From the NCBI GenBank assembly GCA_902538705.1, contig CACBGD010000004.1, positions 6,056 to 70,055 on the forward strand: a stretch of 64,000 nucleotides of DNA, read 5' to 3'. The notes below the pieces were generated by a model that saw nothing but the letters and a program-made list of their open reading frames with translations, was not told where the DNA came from and ran no database searches. The number at the start of each line of letters is the position of its first letter. The first letter of the stretch is position 1. Source of the DNA: an uncultured SAR86 cluster bacterium. Its GTDB lineage: Bacteria; Pseudomonadota; Gammaproteobacteria; Magnimaribacterales; D2472. Below, piece after piece: positions 28,707 through 39,562 of the stretch. A program made the position numbers and the translations under genes.

Positions 28707-29956
28707 TGAGTGATACAAAAGATCAAAAGAAACTTCATTGTTCATTTTGTGGTAAGAGTCAAGATGAAGTAAAAAAGCTTATCGCAGGGCCGAGTGTTTA
28801 TATTTGCAATGAATGTGTTGATCTATGCAATGATATTATCGAAGAAGAGGTAAAGCATGAAGAATCAGACAGCGAAAATACCCTTCTTTCACCTCTAGAA
28901 ATTTTCCAAAAGCTTGACGACTATGTAATTGGCCAAGATAAAGCAAAGAAAATTCTCTCAGTAGCAGTTTATAATCACTATAAAAGACTCCGCAATAATA
29001 AGACTGAAGATGTTGAGCTTCAAAAAAGTAATGTTCTTCTTCTAGGGCCAACCGGCAGTGGTAAAACTCTTTTGGCTCAAACTCTTGCAAAGATACTCAA
29101 CGTTCCTTTTACAATTGCTGATGCTACAACCCTTACTGAGGCTGGTTATGTTGGTGAGGATGTTGAAAATATTATTCAAAAGCTTCTTCAAAAATGTGAT
29201 TATGATCCGGAAAAAGCACAGCTTGGTATCGTTTATATAGATGAAATAGATAAAATTGCCCGTAAAACTGATAATCCTTCAATAACAAGAGATGTATCTG
29301 GTGAGGGTGTTCAGCAAGCGCTTCTAAAATTGATAGAAGGAACAGTTGCATCGATTCCACCTCAAGGTGGAAGAAAACACCCCCAACAAGAGTTTATTCA
29401 AGTAGATACCTCAAATATATTGTTTATATGTGGCGGAGCATTTTCTGGTCTTGATAAAGTAATAAGAAACAGAACAGATAAAACAGGAATTGGTTTTTCT
29501 GCTGAAGTAAAACCAGTTAATGATAAGGAGCAAGCTAAAGTGAGCATTGAAAATGTTGAGCCAGAGGATCTAGTAAGATTCGGACTAATTCCAGAATTTG
29601 TTGGCAGGCTTCCAGTTATTAGCACATTACATGAGCTTGATGAAGATGCTCTTGTAAGAATTCTACAAGAGCCTAAAAATGCTCTTGTAAATCAATATAA
29701 ATTTCTTTTTGAAATTGATTCTGTAGATTTAAGTTTCAGAGATGAGGCTCTTAAAAGCATCGCAAAAAGAGCTATAGCAAGGAAAACAGGAGCTAGAGGT
29801 TTAAGATCAATACTTGAAGATATTCTAATGGATGTAATGTTCGAATTACCAAATGAAGATTTAGAAAAAGTAATTATTGATGAAAATTCTGCTGACAGTG
29901 GATCGGAGCCAATCAAAGTTTTTAAAACTCCCAAAAAGAAATCATCTGCAAGCTAA
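28706..29956 (+). CDS. clpX: ATP-dependent Clp protease ATP-binding subunit ClpX
   Basis: C4 zinc finger CSFCGK...CNEC, Walker A GPTGSGKT, Walker B YIDEIDK, and GARGLR. Confidence 0.96.
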   Translation: MSDTKDQKKLHCSFCGKSQDEVKKLIAGPSVYICNECVDLCNDIIEEEVKHEESDSENTLLSPLEIFQKLDDYVIGQDKAKKILSVAVYNHYKRLRNNKTEDVELQKSNVLLLGPTGSGKTLLAQTLAKILNVPFTIADATTLTEAGYVGEDVENIIQKLLQKCDYDPEKAQLGIVYIDEIDKIARKTDNPSITRDVSGEGVQQALLKLIEGTVASIPPQGGRKHPQQEFIQVDTSNILFICGGAFSGLDKVIRNRTDKTGIGFSAEVKPVNDKEQAKVSIENVEPEDLVRFGLIPEFVGRLPVISTLHELDEDALVRILQEPKNALVNQYKFLFEIDSVDLSFRDEALKSIAKRAIARKTGARGLRSILEDILMDVMFELPNEDLEKVIIDENSADSGSEPIKVFKTPKKKSSAS

Positions 29957-29990
29957 TTGAATATTATTAATTAGACCTTAAATATAGTCT

Positions 29991-32378
29991 ATGGTTAAAG
30001 TAACTAAAGATTATCCAATAATACCATTGAGAGACGTTGTAGTTTTTCCTGGTATTGTTACTACATTATTCGTTGGAAGATCTAAGTCGATAGAAGCTCT
30101 TAACTCTGCAATGGCCTCTGATAAGAAACTTGTTCTTGTTGCTCAGAGAGATGCCTCCAATGAGGACCCAACATTTAAAGATATATATCACTTTGGTACT
30201 GTGAGTAATTTACTTCAGTTAATAAAACTTCCTGATGGAACTATGAAGGTTCTTGTTGAAGGTTCAAAAAGATGTCAAATTGAGAAGATTTCTGAAGCAA
30301 AGGGTCTTACAAAAGCTGTGGTGACTGAGATAGATGATGATGTTATAAAAGTCTCAGATTCAATGAATCTTGTAAGGTTTATAAAAACTAAGTTTAAAGA
30401 CTATGTTTCATCAACAAAAAAGATTCCACCTGAAATTTTATCAACAATTGATGCCATTGATGACCTGTCAAAACTCATTGATAACATTGTCAATCATCTA
30501 AATATTGATAGCTCACAAAAACAAGAAATATTAGAAATATTTGATCTACAGAAAAGATCAGAGAGTATTTTAACATTTATTGAATCACAACTTGATGTTG
30601 TAGATGTTGAGAAGAGAATAAGATCTCGCGTCAAAAAACAAATGGAAAAGTCGCAAAGGGAATACTATCTTAATGAAAAGATCAAGGCCGCTCAAAAGGA
30701 GTTAGGTGAGATGGGAGATGAAGGAGATGAGTTTGAAGTTCTAAAAAATAAGATCGAAGATTCTGGGATGTCTAAAGAAGCCTTAAAAAAAGCAAAGAGT
30801 GAGTTCTCTAAATTTAAGATGATGTCACCAACTTCTGCAGAAGCTTCGGTTATTAGATCATATCTTGAATGCTTAATAGATGTACCCTGGAAAAAAAGAG
30901 GCAGAGTGAAGTCTGATATAAAAGCTGCCCTTAAGACCCTAAATAATGATCATTATGGTCTTGAGGAAGTTAAAGATAGGATTTTGGAGTATTTAGCCGT
31001 GCAAAAAAGAGTCAAGAACTTAAAAGCACCTGTACTATGTCTTGTTGGACCTCCAGGAGTAGGTAAAACTTCACTTGGTGAATCAATAGCTAGAGCAACA
31101 AATAGGAAATTTATCAGAATGTCTCTCGGTGGCGTAAGAGATGAGGCAGAGATTCGAGGACACCGAAGAACATATATTGGCTCTATGCCAGGAAAAATTA
31201 TACAAAAACTTACTAAAGTTGGTGTTAAAAACCCTCTTTTTCTTTTAGACGAAGTTGATAAAATTGGAATGGATCACAGAGGAGACCCCGCGTCGGCTTT
31301 ACTCGAAGTTTTAGATCCAGAACAGAATACATCTTTTAGTGATCACTATCTCGAAGTTGATTATGATTTATCTGAAGTTATGTTTGTTTGTACTGCAAAT
31401 AGTTTAAACATTCCTGGACCTCTTCTGGATAGGATGGAAATAATAAGAATTCCTGGATATATAGAGGATGAAAAGTTGCAAATTGCACAAAACTATCTCT
31501 TACCAAAGCAGCTTGAAAGAAACGGGTTAGATGATAGTGAAATAAGTATTAAAAAAAATGTTCTGCTCGATCTCATTAGATATTACACACGTGAAGCAGG
31601 AGTTAGAGGACTTGAGAGACAAATCTCTAAAATTTTAAGAAAAACTGTTAAGGAAAGGCTACTTTCTAAAAGAAAAACTCCAACCAAGATAGATACTAAT
31701 AATTTAGAAAAATACTCTGGTGTCAGGAAATTTAAATTTGGTGAAGCTGAATCTTCAAATACTGTCGGACAGGTTTGTGGCTTGGCTTGGACTGAAGTAG
31801 GTGGCGAATTACTTACTATAGAGGCTTCAAAAGTTTCTGGTAAAGGTAAAACAATTAAAACTGGCTCATTAGGAGAAGTAATGCAAGAATCAATTCAGGC
31901 TGCCTTAACTGTAGTAAGATCAAGATCAGACTCACTTGGTATAAAGAAAGACTTCTATGAAAAATTTGATACACATATTCATGTTCCAGAGGGTGCAACT
32001 CCAAAAGACGGTCCAAGTGCAGGAGTGGGGATGACAACTGCACTTATATCTGCTTTTACAGAAATACCTGTAAGATCAGATGTAGCAATGACTGGTGAGA
32101 TTACTTTGAGGGGTCAAGTTCTAAAAATTGGTGGATTAAAAGAAAAACTCCTTGCTGCAAAGAGAGGGGGTATAAAAAAAGTGATAATACCATTAGATAA
32201 CAAAGCAGATTTGAAAGAAATTCCAGATGTTATTACCGACAATCTTGACATAATTCCTGTTGAGTGGATTGATGAGGTTATTTTGCATTCACTTGAGTCA
32301 CAACCGAAGGCTTTAAATAAATCCTCAAGCTTTAAATCACGATCAAAAAAATCTCAAAAAAACTTAGGAAATCACTAA
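29991..32378 (+). CDS. lon: Lon protease
   Basis: LON N-domain (PIIPLRDVVVFPG), Walker A GPPGVGKTS, and protease Ser in PKDGPSAG. Confidence 0.96.
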   Translation: MVKVTKDYPIIPLRDVVVFPGIVTTLFVGRSKSIEALNSAMASDKKLVLVAQRDASNEDPTFKDIYHFGTVSNLLQLIKLPDGTMKVLVEGSKRCQIEKISEAKGLTKAVVTEIDDDVIKVSDSMNLVRFIKTKFKDYVSSTKKIPPEILSTIDAIDDLSKLIDNIVNHLNIDSSQKQEILEIFDLQKRSESILTFIESQLDVVDVEKRIRSRVKKQMEKSQREYYLNEKIKAAQKELGEMGDEGDEFEVLKNKIEDSGMSKEALKKAKSEFSKFKMMSPTSAEASVIRSYLECLIDVPWKKRGRVKSDIKAALKTLNNDHYGLEEVKDRILEYLAVQKRVKNLKAPVLCLVGPPGVGKTSLGESIARATNRKFIRMSLGGVRDEAEIRGHRRTYIGSMPGKIIQKLTKVGVKNPLFLLDEVDKIGMDHRGDPASALLEVLDPEQNTSFSDHYLEVDYDLSEVMFVCTANSLNIPGPLLDRMEIIRIPGYIEDEKLQIAQNYLLPKQLERNGLDDSEISIKKNVLLDLIRYYTREAGVRGLERQISKILRKTVKERLLSKRKTPTKIDTNNLEKYSGVRKFKFGEAESSNTVGQVCGLAWTEVGGELLTIEASKVSGKGKTIKTGSLGEVMQESIQAALTVVRSRSDSLGIKKDFYEKFDTHIHVPEGATPKDGPSAGVGMTTALISAFTEIPVRSDVAMTGEITLRGQVLKIGGLKEKLLAAKRGGIKKVIIPLDNKADLKEIPDVITDNLDIIPVEWIDEVILHSLESQPKALNKSSSFKSRSKKSQKNLGNH

Positions 32379-32394
32379 TTTTTAAAAACTAAAA

Positions 32395-32425
32395 AAACCC
32401 TGAAAAGCTTGACTTTTTAGGGTTT
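32395..32425 (+). terminator. Probable terminator after lon
   Basis: AAACCCTGAAAAG-CTTGA-CTTTTTAGGGTTT forms a 13-bp stem with one G-T pair, followed by T-rich sequence. Confidence 0.45.
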
Positions 32426-32471
32426 CTGGCTTTTCATAGAAGGGTAAATTTTTCAATTTAGAGGAGATTAA

Positions 32472-32750
32472 ATGAATAAATCAGATTTAGTAGATGCAGT
32501 TGCTTCAAAAGCAGATATGTCAAAAGCAGAAGCTGGGAGAGCTGTTGATGCTGTTCTTGGTTCAGTGGGAGATGCCCTTGGAAGTGGAGATTCCGTTTCT
32601 TTGGTAGGTTTTGGAACATTTTCTGTAAGACACAGAGCAGCTAGAATGGGTAGAAACCCTCAAACGGGAGCTACAATGCAGATTGCTGCGTCAAAAGTTC
32701 CTGGTTTTAAAGCTGGAAAAGCTCTAAAAGATAAAGTTAAGTTCGGCTAA
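32472..32750 (+). CDS. hupB: DNA-binding protein HU-beta
   Basis: [11 protein letters not shown]...[38 protein letters not shown]. Strong GAGGAG RBS. Confidence 0.95.
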   Translation: MNKSDLVDAVASKADMSKAEAGRAVDAVLGSVGDALGSGDSVSLVGFGTFSVRHRAARMGRNPQTGATMQIAASKVPGFKAGKALKDKVKFG

Positions 32751-32770
32751 TTAGACTTTAGAAAATCAAT

Positions 32771-32799
32771 AAGGGTGCTTAATATGCACCCTTTTTTTT
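32771..32799 (+). terminator. Rho-independent terminator after hupB
   Basis: AAGGGTGC-TTAATAT-GCACCCTT followed by a T-run. Confidence 0.8.
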
Positions 32800-32817
32800 A
32801 TTATAATAATCACATTT

Positions 32818-34668
32818 ATGGATGCTCTTAGATCATTTTTATCAGGAAGAAGGCTTGCAATTATCGGAGTGCTGCTAGCCATTCCCTTTGTTTTTTTTGG
32901 CTCGAGTACATTTGGGACAGTATTTACTAATTATGGAAAGGTGAATGGACTAATTGTTTCTGCACTCGATGTTAGTGTTGCAGTAAATACTGTTACTTCT
33001 AGGCTTCAGCAGATTTATGGAGATGATTTCACCACTGACACTCTTGAAGAAGGATTATTGAACAGCCTCGTAAGGACTGAAATTATTAGTCAAAAAGCAT
33101 TACTTTATCAAGTACTGAAAATGAATACAGTTGTAAGCGAGGATGATGCTAAGAGATTAATTATGCAAAACCCAACTTTTCAAACTGACGGAAGATTCAA
33201 TCAAGAAATTTTTGAGGCGACAATTAGGGCTAATGGGATTTTGCCAAATGAGTATGTAGAGAATGTTCAAAATAGTACTCTTGTAAATGATTTCCTTTTA
33301 GCAATATCAGATTCAAATTTTCAGATTGAATCCGAGCTAGAAAGCCAAATAAAGCTTATTGAGCAAGAACGTGACGTCGAATTTTATAAGATTGACTTCA
33401 ATTCTTTAAAAAATAATATAAACCCAAGTCTTGAAAGTGCACTTAGTTATTATGACGATAATAAGCTTCTTTTTATGGATGAAGAGAAGCGCTCTTTTGA
33501 AATAATTTCTGTATCACAAAATGAATTTAAAGATTCAATTGAAATTCCTGAGGGATTTGTTGACTCGGAATATGAAAATTACCTTGAAAGAATAAACGCT
33601 TCAAAAGAAAGAAGAATTTCTCATATAATGGTCGATTTATTTAATTACGAATCAAGAGAAGATGCATTTAATGCAATAAAATCGATTCAAGACAGAATTG
33701 GAAATGAAATATCTTTTGAAGATGCTGCTTCAAGCTTGAGCGAAGATTTGGTGTCAGCAGAAATGGAAGGAGATCTTGGATTTTCAAGTGGTGATTCTTT
33801 TCCTACCGAGTTTGAGGATGCTCTTGATGAAATGGATATCGGCGATTTATCTGAAATAATAGAACTTGATGAATCACTTCATATCATTAAATTCACTGAA
33901 GAAAATAAAGAAACTCCTAAGACTAAGGAAATTATGAAAAGCCAATTTATAAATGAGCTCTTGGAAGCTGAATCATATGCCTTGATGTTAGATCTTAGAG
34001 ATGAAATAGAAGACTTATTATTAAATGGTCTGTCTGTTGAAGCAATAGCTAATACCGTCAATCAAGAATTTATTGTTACTAAACCGAGTACTTATAAAGA
34101 TTTTAATAAATTTGACAGAATAAACGTAAAAGATTTTCTATATGGTATAGACTCTTCAAGTGATTTCGCTGAAATTTTAGAGCTTGATGATGAAGTCCTG
34201 CTTGCATCAGTATCTGAGGTTACAGAGCCTTCAGTTCTTCCATTTGATAACATTACAGATCAAGTTTTTGACCGCTTAAGAGAAGATCAAGCTAATCTTG
34301 AGATTATGGATCTTGAAAGAGAATTAATACTAGCAATGGATGATGACTCATATGCTTTAGAAAATAGCAATGTTCTAAAAGATAGCTTCAGTTCCGTAAA
34401 AAGAGGATCAACACTTTTCCCACAAGATATTCTTAACAAAATATTTTCATCTAAACTAAACTCTGTAGAGAGCAAGAAAACTTTTAACTCGGACATCTAT
34501 ATATTTAAGGTAAACAAAATAACTAAGCCCTCTGAAGATTTTATTAACACAGTAATATCGGAGTATGAAGAATTCTCTTCAACTACATCACTTGTTAAAC
34601 TCAATTTAATTCTAGAAAAAGAGATTAATAAGAAAATAAGAGATAATATAAAAAACTTAAACATTTAA
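32818..34668 (+). CDS. ppiD: Periplasmic chaperone/peptidyl-prolyl isomerase PpiD
   Basis: N-terminal membrane anchor, SurA-N-like region, and a parvulin-like segment (ERRISHIMV...). Conserved position after hupB. Confidence 0.8.
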   Translation: MDALRSFLSGRRLAIIGVLLAIPFVFFGSSTFGTVFTNYGKVNGLIVSALDVSVAVNTVTSRLQQIYGDDFTTDTLEEGLLNSLVRTEIISQKALLYQVLKMNTVVSEDDAKRLIMQNPTFQTDGRFNQEIFEATIRANGILPNEYVENVQNSTLVNDFLLAISDSNFQIESELESQIKLIEQERDVEFYKIDFNSLKNNINPSLESALSYYDDNKLLFMDEEKRSFEIISVSQNEFKDSIEIPEGFVDSEYENYLERINASKERRISHIMVDLFNYESREDAFNAIKSIQDRIGNEISFEDAASSLSEDLVSAEMEGDLGFSSGDSFPTEFEDALDEMDIGDLSEIIELDESLHIIKFTEENKETPKTKEIMKSQFINELLEAESYALMLDLRDEIEDLLLNGLSVEAIANTVNQEFIVTKPSTYKDFNKFDRINVKDFLYGIDSSSDFAEILELDDEVLLASVSEVTEPSVLPFDNITDQVFDRLREDQANLEIMDLERELILAMDDDSYALENSNVLKDSFSSVKRGSTLFPQDILNKIFSSKLNSVESKKTFNSDIYIFKVNKITKPSEDFINTVISEYEEFSSTTSLVKLNLILEKEINKKIRDNIKNLNI

Positions 34669-34674
34669 ATTAAT

Positions 34675-36279
34675 ATGAAAAAAATAACATCTATATTTTT
34701 GATTGCCATTTTATATGGTTGCGGCTCATCAGTTTCTCCGGTTGATCAAGGCTTGATTGATCAAGTAATGCATATAGGAAATGGATCTGAGCCTCAGGGC
34801 CTTGATCCACATATTGTTACTGGTGTGCCAGAACATCACCTTTTAATTACTATGTGTGAGGGATTAACTATCTCAAACCCTGAGGGTGGAGCAAATCTTC
34901 CCGGAATGGCAGAAAGCTGGGATATTAGTGAAGATGGAAGAACTTATATTTTTAATATTAGAAAAGATGCTAAATGGTCCAATGGAGATGATTTTACAGC
35001 TGAAGACATTGTTTGGTCATGGATGAGAGTCTTGACACCTAGCTTAGGGTCTCAATATCCAGATATGCTTTACTATTTAGTGGGTGCCGAAGACTTTAAT
35101 ACTGGTGTAATTACAGATTTTTCTAAAGTTGGAGTTAAAGCTTTAGATAATAAAACGCTAGAAGTTAATTTAATTAATCCCACACCTTTTTTTCTTGGGC
35201 TTCTCAGCCATTATTCGACTTGGCCTGTTCACAAGGAAACAGTATTAAAATTTGGAGAAATTGATGATAGACAGGGTTTATGGACTAGGCCTGGAAATTT
35301 CGTTTGTAATGGACCAATGAATCTAAAGTCTTGGGAACTTAACAAAAAAATTATTGTTGAAAAGAATCCATTATATTGGGATGCTGAGAAGGTTAGACTT
35401 AATGAAATGCATTTTTATCCTGTCTCTGATATAAACACTGAAGAAAGGATGTTCAGAGCTGGCCAACTTCATCTAACTGGAACTGTCCCATCCCAGAAGT
35501 GTGGTATTTGGAGAGAGGAGGGAAATCCAAATTTAAGAATTGATCCATATATGGGAACTTATTACTACAGGGCAAATGTCAATGTTAAGCCTCTTGATAA
35601 TATAAAAGTTAGAAAAGCATTAACTTATGCTATAGACAGGCAAAAACTTACTGAAAAAGTAACTCAATGTGGTCAAATTCCTGCATTTTCATTCACACCT
35701 CCAGGAGCTGCAGGATATAATCCAGAAACTGAAATACCATATGATCCTGAACTTGCTCGTAAACTTCTTGCTGAGGCTGGATATGAAAGTACAGAAGATT
35801 TTCCAGTGCTTCAAATTCTTTACAACACATCTGAGGACCATAGAAAGATTGCATTAACAATCCAGCAAATGTGGCAACAGAACCTAGGTATAAGTGTAGA
35901 ACTTGAGAACATGGATTGGAAGGTTTACCTGAGTAGACAAAATTCAATGGATTACCAAATTTCAAGAGCTGGATGGATTGGCGATTATGAAGATCCGAAT
36001 ACTTTTTTAGATATTATGAGAACGGGAAGAGGTAATAATAGAACTGGGTGGAGTAACCCCGAGTTTGACGAGTTAGTTGGAAGAGCTAATGCTACAACTA
36101 ATCAAGAAGAAAGATATAGACTGCTAGGAGAAGCTGAAAAGATTTTAATCGATGAACTACCAATTATACCTATTTATACATATGTTCGTTCCTATCAACT
36201 TTCACCAGATGTGAAAGGATATTTTCCTAATTATCTTGATCATCATCATCCTAAAACATTATATTTAGAGAGAGACTAA
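34675..36279 (+). CDS. Peptide ABC transporter substrate-binding lipoprotein (family 5, OppA/DppA-like)
   Basis: Lipobox LYGC. Typical SBP_bac_5 segments are present (AESWDISEDGRTYIFNIRKDAKWSNGD, YNTSEDHRKIA, GWIGDYEDP). Confidence 0.88.
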   Translation: MKKITSIFLIAILYGCGSSVSPVDQGLIDQVMHIGNGSEPQGLDPHIVTGVPEHHLLITMCEGLTISNPEGGANLPGMAESWDISEDGRTYIFNIRKDAKWSNGDDFTAEDIVWSWMRVLTPSLGSQYPDMLYYLVGAEDFNTGVITDFSKVGVKALDNKTLEVNLINPTPFFLGLLSHYSTWPVHKETVLKFGEIDDRQGLWTRPGNFVCNGPMNLKSWELNKKIIVEKNPLYWDAEKVRLNEMHFYPVSDINTEERMFRAGQLHLTGTVPSQKCGIWREEGNPNLRIDPYMGTYYYRANVNVKPLDNIKVRKALTYAIDRQKLTEKVTQCGQIPAFSFTPPGAAGYNPETEIPYDPELARKLLAEAGYESTEDFPVLQILYNTSEDHRKIALTIQQMWQQNLGISVELENMDWKVYLSRQNSMDYQISRAGWIGDYEDPNTFLDIMRTGRGNNRTGWSNPEFDELVGRANATTNQEERYRLLGEAEKILIDELPIIPIYTYVRSYQLSPDVKGYFPNYLDHHHPKTLYLERD

Positions 36280-36285
36280 AAACCA

Positions 36286-37209
36286 GTGCTAAATATTCTG
36301 ATAAAAAGAATTTTAATAGCAATTCCTGTTTTATTGGTTGTCGCTAGTTTGACATTCTTTTTTATTAGACTGGCTCCTGGTGGTCCATTTGATGCTGATA
36401 AGGTTGTTTCACCCCAGGTCATGAAAAACTTAAATGCTGCATATAATCTAGACGCACCTCTTCATGAGCAATATTTCGATTATATGTCAGGTGTTGTAGT
36501 TGGAGATTTTGGACCTTCTTTTCGATATCCTGGAAGATCTGTATCTGAAATGATTTATACAGGATTACCTATTACTTTTGAATTAGCTTTTTATGCATTG
36601 ATGATTGCGGTTGCGCTTGGAATCTTTTCTGGGGTTTTAGCTGCTTTAAAAAGAAATACATTTTTAGATTACTTCCCAATGGCAATTGCTATGCTAGGAA
36701 TATGTGTTCCAACTTTTTTAATGGGACCTATCTTAGTCCTAGTTTTTGGCATAAATTTTGAAATGTTGCCTGTTTCTGGCTGGGGTACTCTAGCAGGCGA
36801 TAAGCTATTGCCATCAATAACTTTGGGTTTTGCTTACGCTGCTTATATTGCTCGGCTGAGTAGGGGTGGAATGTTAGAGGTCCTTGGACAAGATTTCATA
36901 AGAACTGCGAGAGCTAAAGGATTAAGTGAGTTTAGTATTGTTACAAGACACGCCATGCAAGGAGGATTATTACCAGTTGTCTCGTTTATGGGTCCTGCAA
37001 TTGCAGGATTGCTGGGAGGGTCATTTGTTGTAGAAACAATATTCCAAATACCTGGACTAGGAAGATTTTATGTTGAAGCAGCATTTAATAGGGACTATAC
37101 GATGATTCTTGGAACGACAATTTTCTTTTCAGCAATGATAATCTTCTTCAATCTTTTATCTGATTTAGCTGTGCTTTTACTGAATCCAAGAGCTAGGGAA
37201 AATTTATGA
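36286..37209 (+). CDS. oppB: Peptide ABC transporter permease (OppB/DppB-like)
   Basis: GTG start. N-terminus is ILIKRIL..IPVLL.V..LTFF.IRLAPGGPF. EAA-loop region is FIRTARAKGLSE. Confidence 0.9.
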   Translation: MLNILIKRILIAIPVLLVVASLTFFFIRLAPGGPFDADKVVSPQVMKNLNAAYNLDAPLHEQYFDYMSGVVVGDFGPSFRYPGRSVSEMIYTGLPITFELAFYALMIAVALGIFSGVLAALKRNTFLDYFPMAIAMLGICVPTFLMGPILVLVFGINFEMLPVSGWGTLAGDKLLPSITLGFAYAAYIARLSRGGMLEVLGQDFIRTARAKGLSEFSIVTRHAMQGGLLPVVSFMGPAIAGLLGGSFVVETIFQIPGLGRFYVEAAFNRDYTMILGTTIFFSAMIIFFNLLSDLAVLLLNPRARENL

Positions 37210-38057
37210 ATAATTCTTCTCTTTGGCAAGATGCAATAAGAAGACTTATCCAAAATAGGGCAGCTATGATTGGCGGCATAACAATACTTTTGTTAATAGT
37301 GCTTGCAATTTTTGCTCCTTGGATAGCTCCTTACTCCTATTCATATCAAAATCTAGATATTGGAGCCTCTCCGCCATCTGCAGAGCATTTATTGGGTACT
37401 GATGTGCTTGGAAGAGATCTGTTAAGCAGGTTATTGTACGGAGCCAGAATATCATTATTGGTAGGTTTTGTTGCTACAGGAGTAGCTTTAGTTATTGGGG
37501 TAAGCTGGGGAATTATTGCTGGTTACTTTGGTGGAAGAATTGACTCTGTAATGATGAGAATAGTTGATGTCTTATATGGTCTTCCATTTATCATTTTTAT
37601 AATTCTTCTGATGGTGATATTTGGTAGGAATATATGGCTTTTGTTTGCTGCTATTGGAGCAGTTGAATGGCTAACAATGGCAAGAATTGTAAGAGCGCAG
37701 GTCATAGGTTTGAAGAATCAGGAATTCGTTCAGGCTGCTCAAGTCATGGGAGTTAGCAATTTTTCAATGTTTAGGAGGCACATACTGCCAAATATCCTTG
37801 GACCTATTGCGGTTTATGCAACATTAACAATACCGCAAGTTATGCTTCTAGAAGCTTTTCTGAGCTTTCTAGGTCTAGGAATTCAACCACCTATGAGTAG
37901 CTGGGGAACTTTAATTAGATATGGAGTTGAATCAATGGAAGAGCACTACTGGCTTTTAATTTATCCAGGCCTAACCTTTACGATAACTCTTTTTGCCTTA
38001 AATTTTTTTGGAGATGGCTTAAGAGATGCTCTTGATCCTAAAACCTCTGACAACTAA
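37206..38057 (+). CDS. oppC: Peptide ABC transporter permease (OppC/DppC-like)
   Basis: HLLGTDVLGRDLLSRLLYGARISL, with an EAA-loop-like region EFVQAAQVMGVSN. Confidence 0.9.
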   Translation: MNNSSLWQDAIRRLIQNRAAMIGGITILLLIVLAIFAPWIAPYSYSYQNLDIGASPPSAEHLLGTDVLGRDLLSRLLYGARISLLVGFVATGVALVIGVSWGIIAGYFGGRIDSVMMRIVDVLYGLPFIIFIILLMVIFGRNIWLLFAAIGAVEWLTMARIVRAQVIGLKNQEFVQAAQVMGVSNFSMFRRHILPNILGPIAVYATLTIPQVMLLEAFLSFLGLGIQPPMSSWGTLIRYGVESMEEHYWLLIYPGLTFTITLFALNFFGDGLRDALDPKTSDN

Positions 38058-39562
38058 AAAGCTTTAATAGTAATTTTTAAGATTTGACCAGGCCTTATAA
38101 TATCTAAATTATCATTATCCTGCCTGATAGTTTTTATAGAAACATTAAAAAGTTTAGATATTTTTGATAAGTTATCACCTTGTTTTACAGAATAAAGTAT
38201 TGTTCTTTTTTTTGATTCTATATTTCGAAAGATGTTCTTATTTCCAATGTTTAATACCTGTCCAATTTTTAAAACAGATCCATTATCAATATTATTTATA
38301 TCCATAATCTTTTTCTCTGAAACTCCAAATTTTTTCGCCAAGCTCCAAAGTGTGTCACCCTCGCTCACTACATGAGCTTCAAAGGGAATAAGAATATTTG
38401 ATGATGCTTGCCCCACAGGTATTAGTAGTATTTGATCAATTGAGAGTAAATCTGATTCAAGCTGATTTACTTGTCTTATGATATCAATTTTTGTTCTGTA
38501 TTTTTTCGCTAATGCCCATAAACTTTCTCCTCTTGAGACATCATGTGAAATCCAATTAATTTTTTGAGATTGAACATATTCCTGCCCACTTGTTTCATAT
38601 TTTATTTTATTTTCAATTGGTACATAAAAAGTGCTTGTCATATTTGGATCTGTTGCCCACTTTGTATAGCCTGCATTCAATTTATAAAGGAGTTCTGGTT
38701 TAATACTAAGAAAATCACTGAAGTTTAAGATCTCGATCTGTTCTTGGAACGAAATTTTATCTACAACCTTTGCATAGGGAATTTCTGGAAGCTCAATATT
38801 ATATTTTTCATTATTATTTATAAGCTCAATCAGTGCTAAAAATTTTGGAATATAGTTTCTAGTTTGAACTGATAAAGGTAAATCCTTATAAGAAAAGTTT
38901 ACTACCCTTCTTGGACTTCTTTGAATAGCCTTTGAAGTAAAGGTTGGACCTGCATTGTATGCAACTAGAACAAGATAAATATCTTCATTAAATCTCTTGT
39001 ATAGATAGTCAATATATCTAATTGCAGCATCAGTTGATTTAAAGGGATCATGTCTTTCTTCAACCCACCAATTTTCTTTTAACCCTAGCAAGTCTGCTGT
39101 TCGTGGCATTATTTGCCACAATCCTACTGCTCCAGATGAAGATATAGAAAACGGATCATAACTACTCTCAATAAATGGTAAAAAAGCTAGTTCTACAGGT
39201 AGATTATTTCTTTGAAGTTCCTCCAAAACATAATATAAAAAATAATATGAGTTTTTAAGATAATTTTCGAAAAGATCAACATTTTGAAGATGTTGATTCA
39301 TGTAATAGAGTGTTAAATCATCAATCTCATATTCTCTTATTAATGCCTCATCCTTTAAGACTTCCCAAATACTCTTAATTTCTGGCTCAGAGGGTTCAAC
39401 AATATCAATGAGAGTAATTTCATCACTCTCCACAATCTCTTCATTCATAGGGACAGAAAGATCAGGAATTAATTCAAAGTCTTCATTATTAGTCACCTCA
39501 AAAATCTGACAACCAGATAGAAGTAGAATAAGAAATAAAGATTTTATGTTGAGTCTTTCCAT
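38054..39562 (-). CDS. mltD: Membrane-bound lytic murein transglycosylase D (SLT domain plus 3 LysM repeats)
   Basis: Lipobox LLSGC. SLT catalytic region is FIESSYDPFSISSSGAVGLWQIMP. Three C-terminal LysM-like repeats (H.V..GESLW.LAKKY...). Confidence 0.9.
   Translation of the reverse strand: MERLNIKSLFLILLLSGCQIFEVTNNEDFELIPDLSVPMNEEIVESDEITLIDIVEPSEPEIKSIWEVLKDEALIREYEIDDLTLYYMNQHLQNVDLFENYLKNSYYFLYYVLEELQRNNLPVELAFLPFIESSYDPFSISSSGAVGLWQIMPRTADLLGLKENWWVEERHDPFKSTDAAIRYIDYLYKRFNEDIYLVLVAYNAGPTFTSKAIQRSPRRVVNFSYKDLPLSVQTRNYIPKFLALIELINNNEKYNIELPEIPYAKVVDKISFQEQIEILNFSDFLSIKPELLYKLNAGYTKWATDPNMTSTFYVPIENKIKYETSGQEYVQSQKINWISHDVSRGESLWALAKKYRTKIDIIRQVNQLESDLLSIDQILLIPVGQASSNILIPFEAHVVSEGDTLWSLAKKFGVSEKKIMDINNIDNGSVLKIGQVLNIGNKNIFRNIESKKRTILYSVKQGDNLSKISKLFNVSIKTIRQDNDNLDIIRPGQILKITIKAF

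Noticed and set aside
29957-29983. TTGAAT-N13-CCTTAAAT upstream of lon as a sigma32 promoter.
   Set aside because: The implied TSS would fall on or next to the lon ATG (29991), leaving no leader. The match to CCCCATNT is weak in an AT-rich spacer. lon may simply be co-transcribed with clpX.
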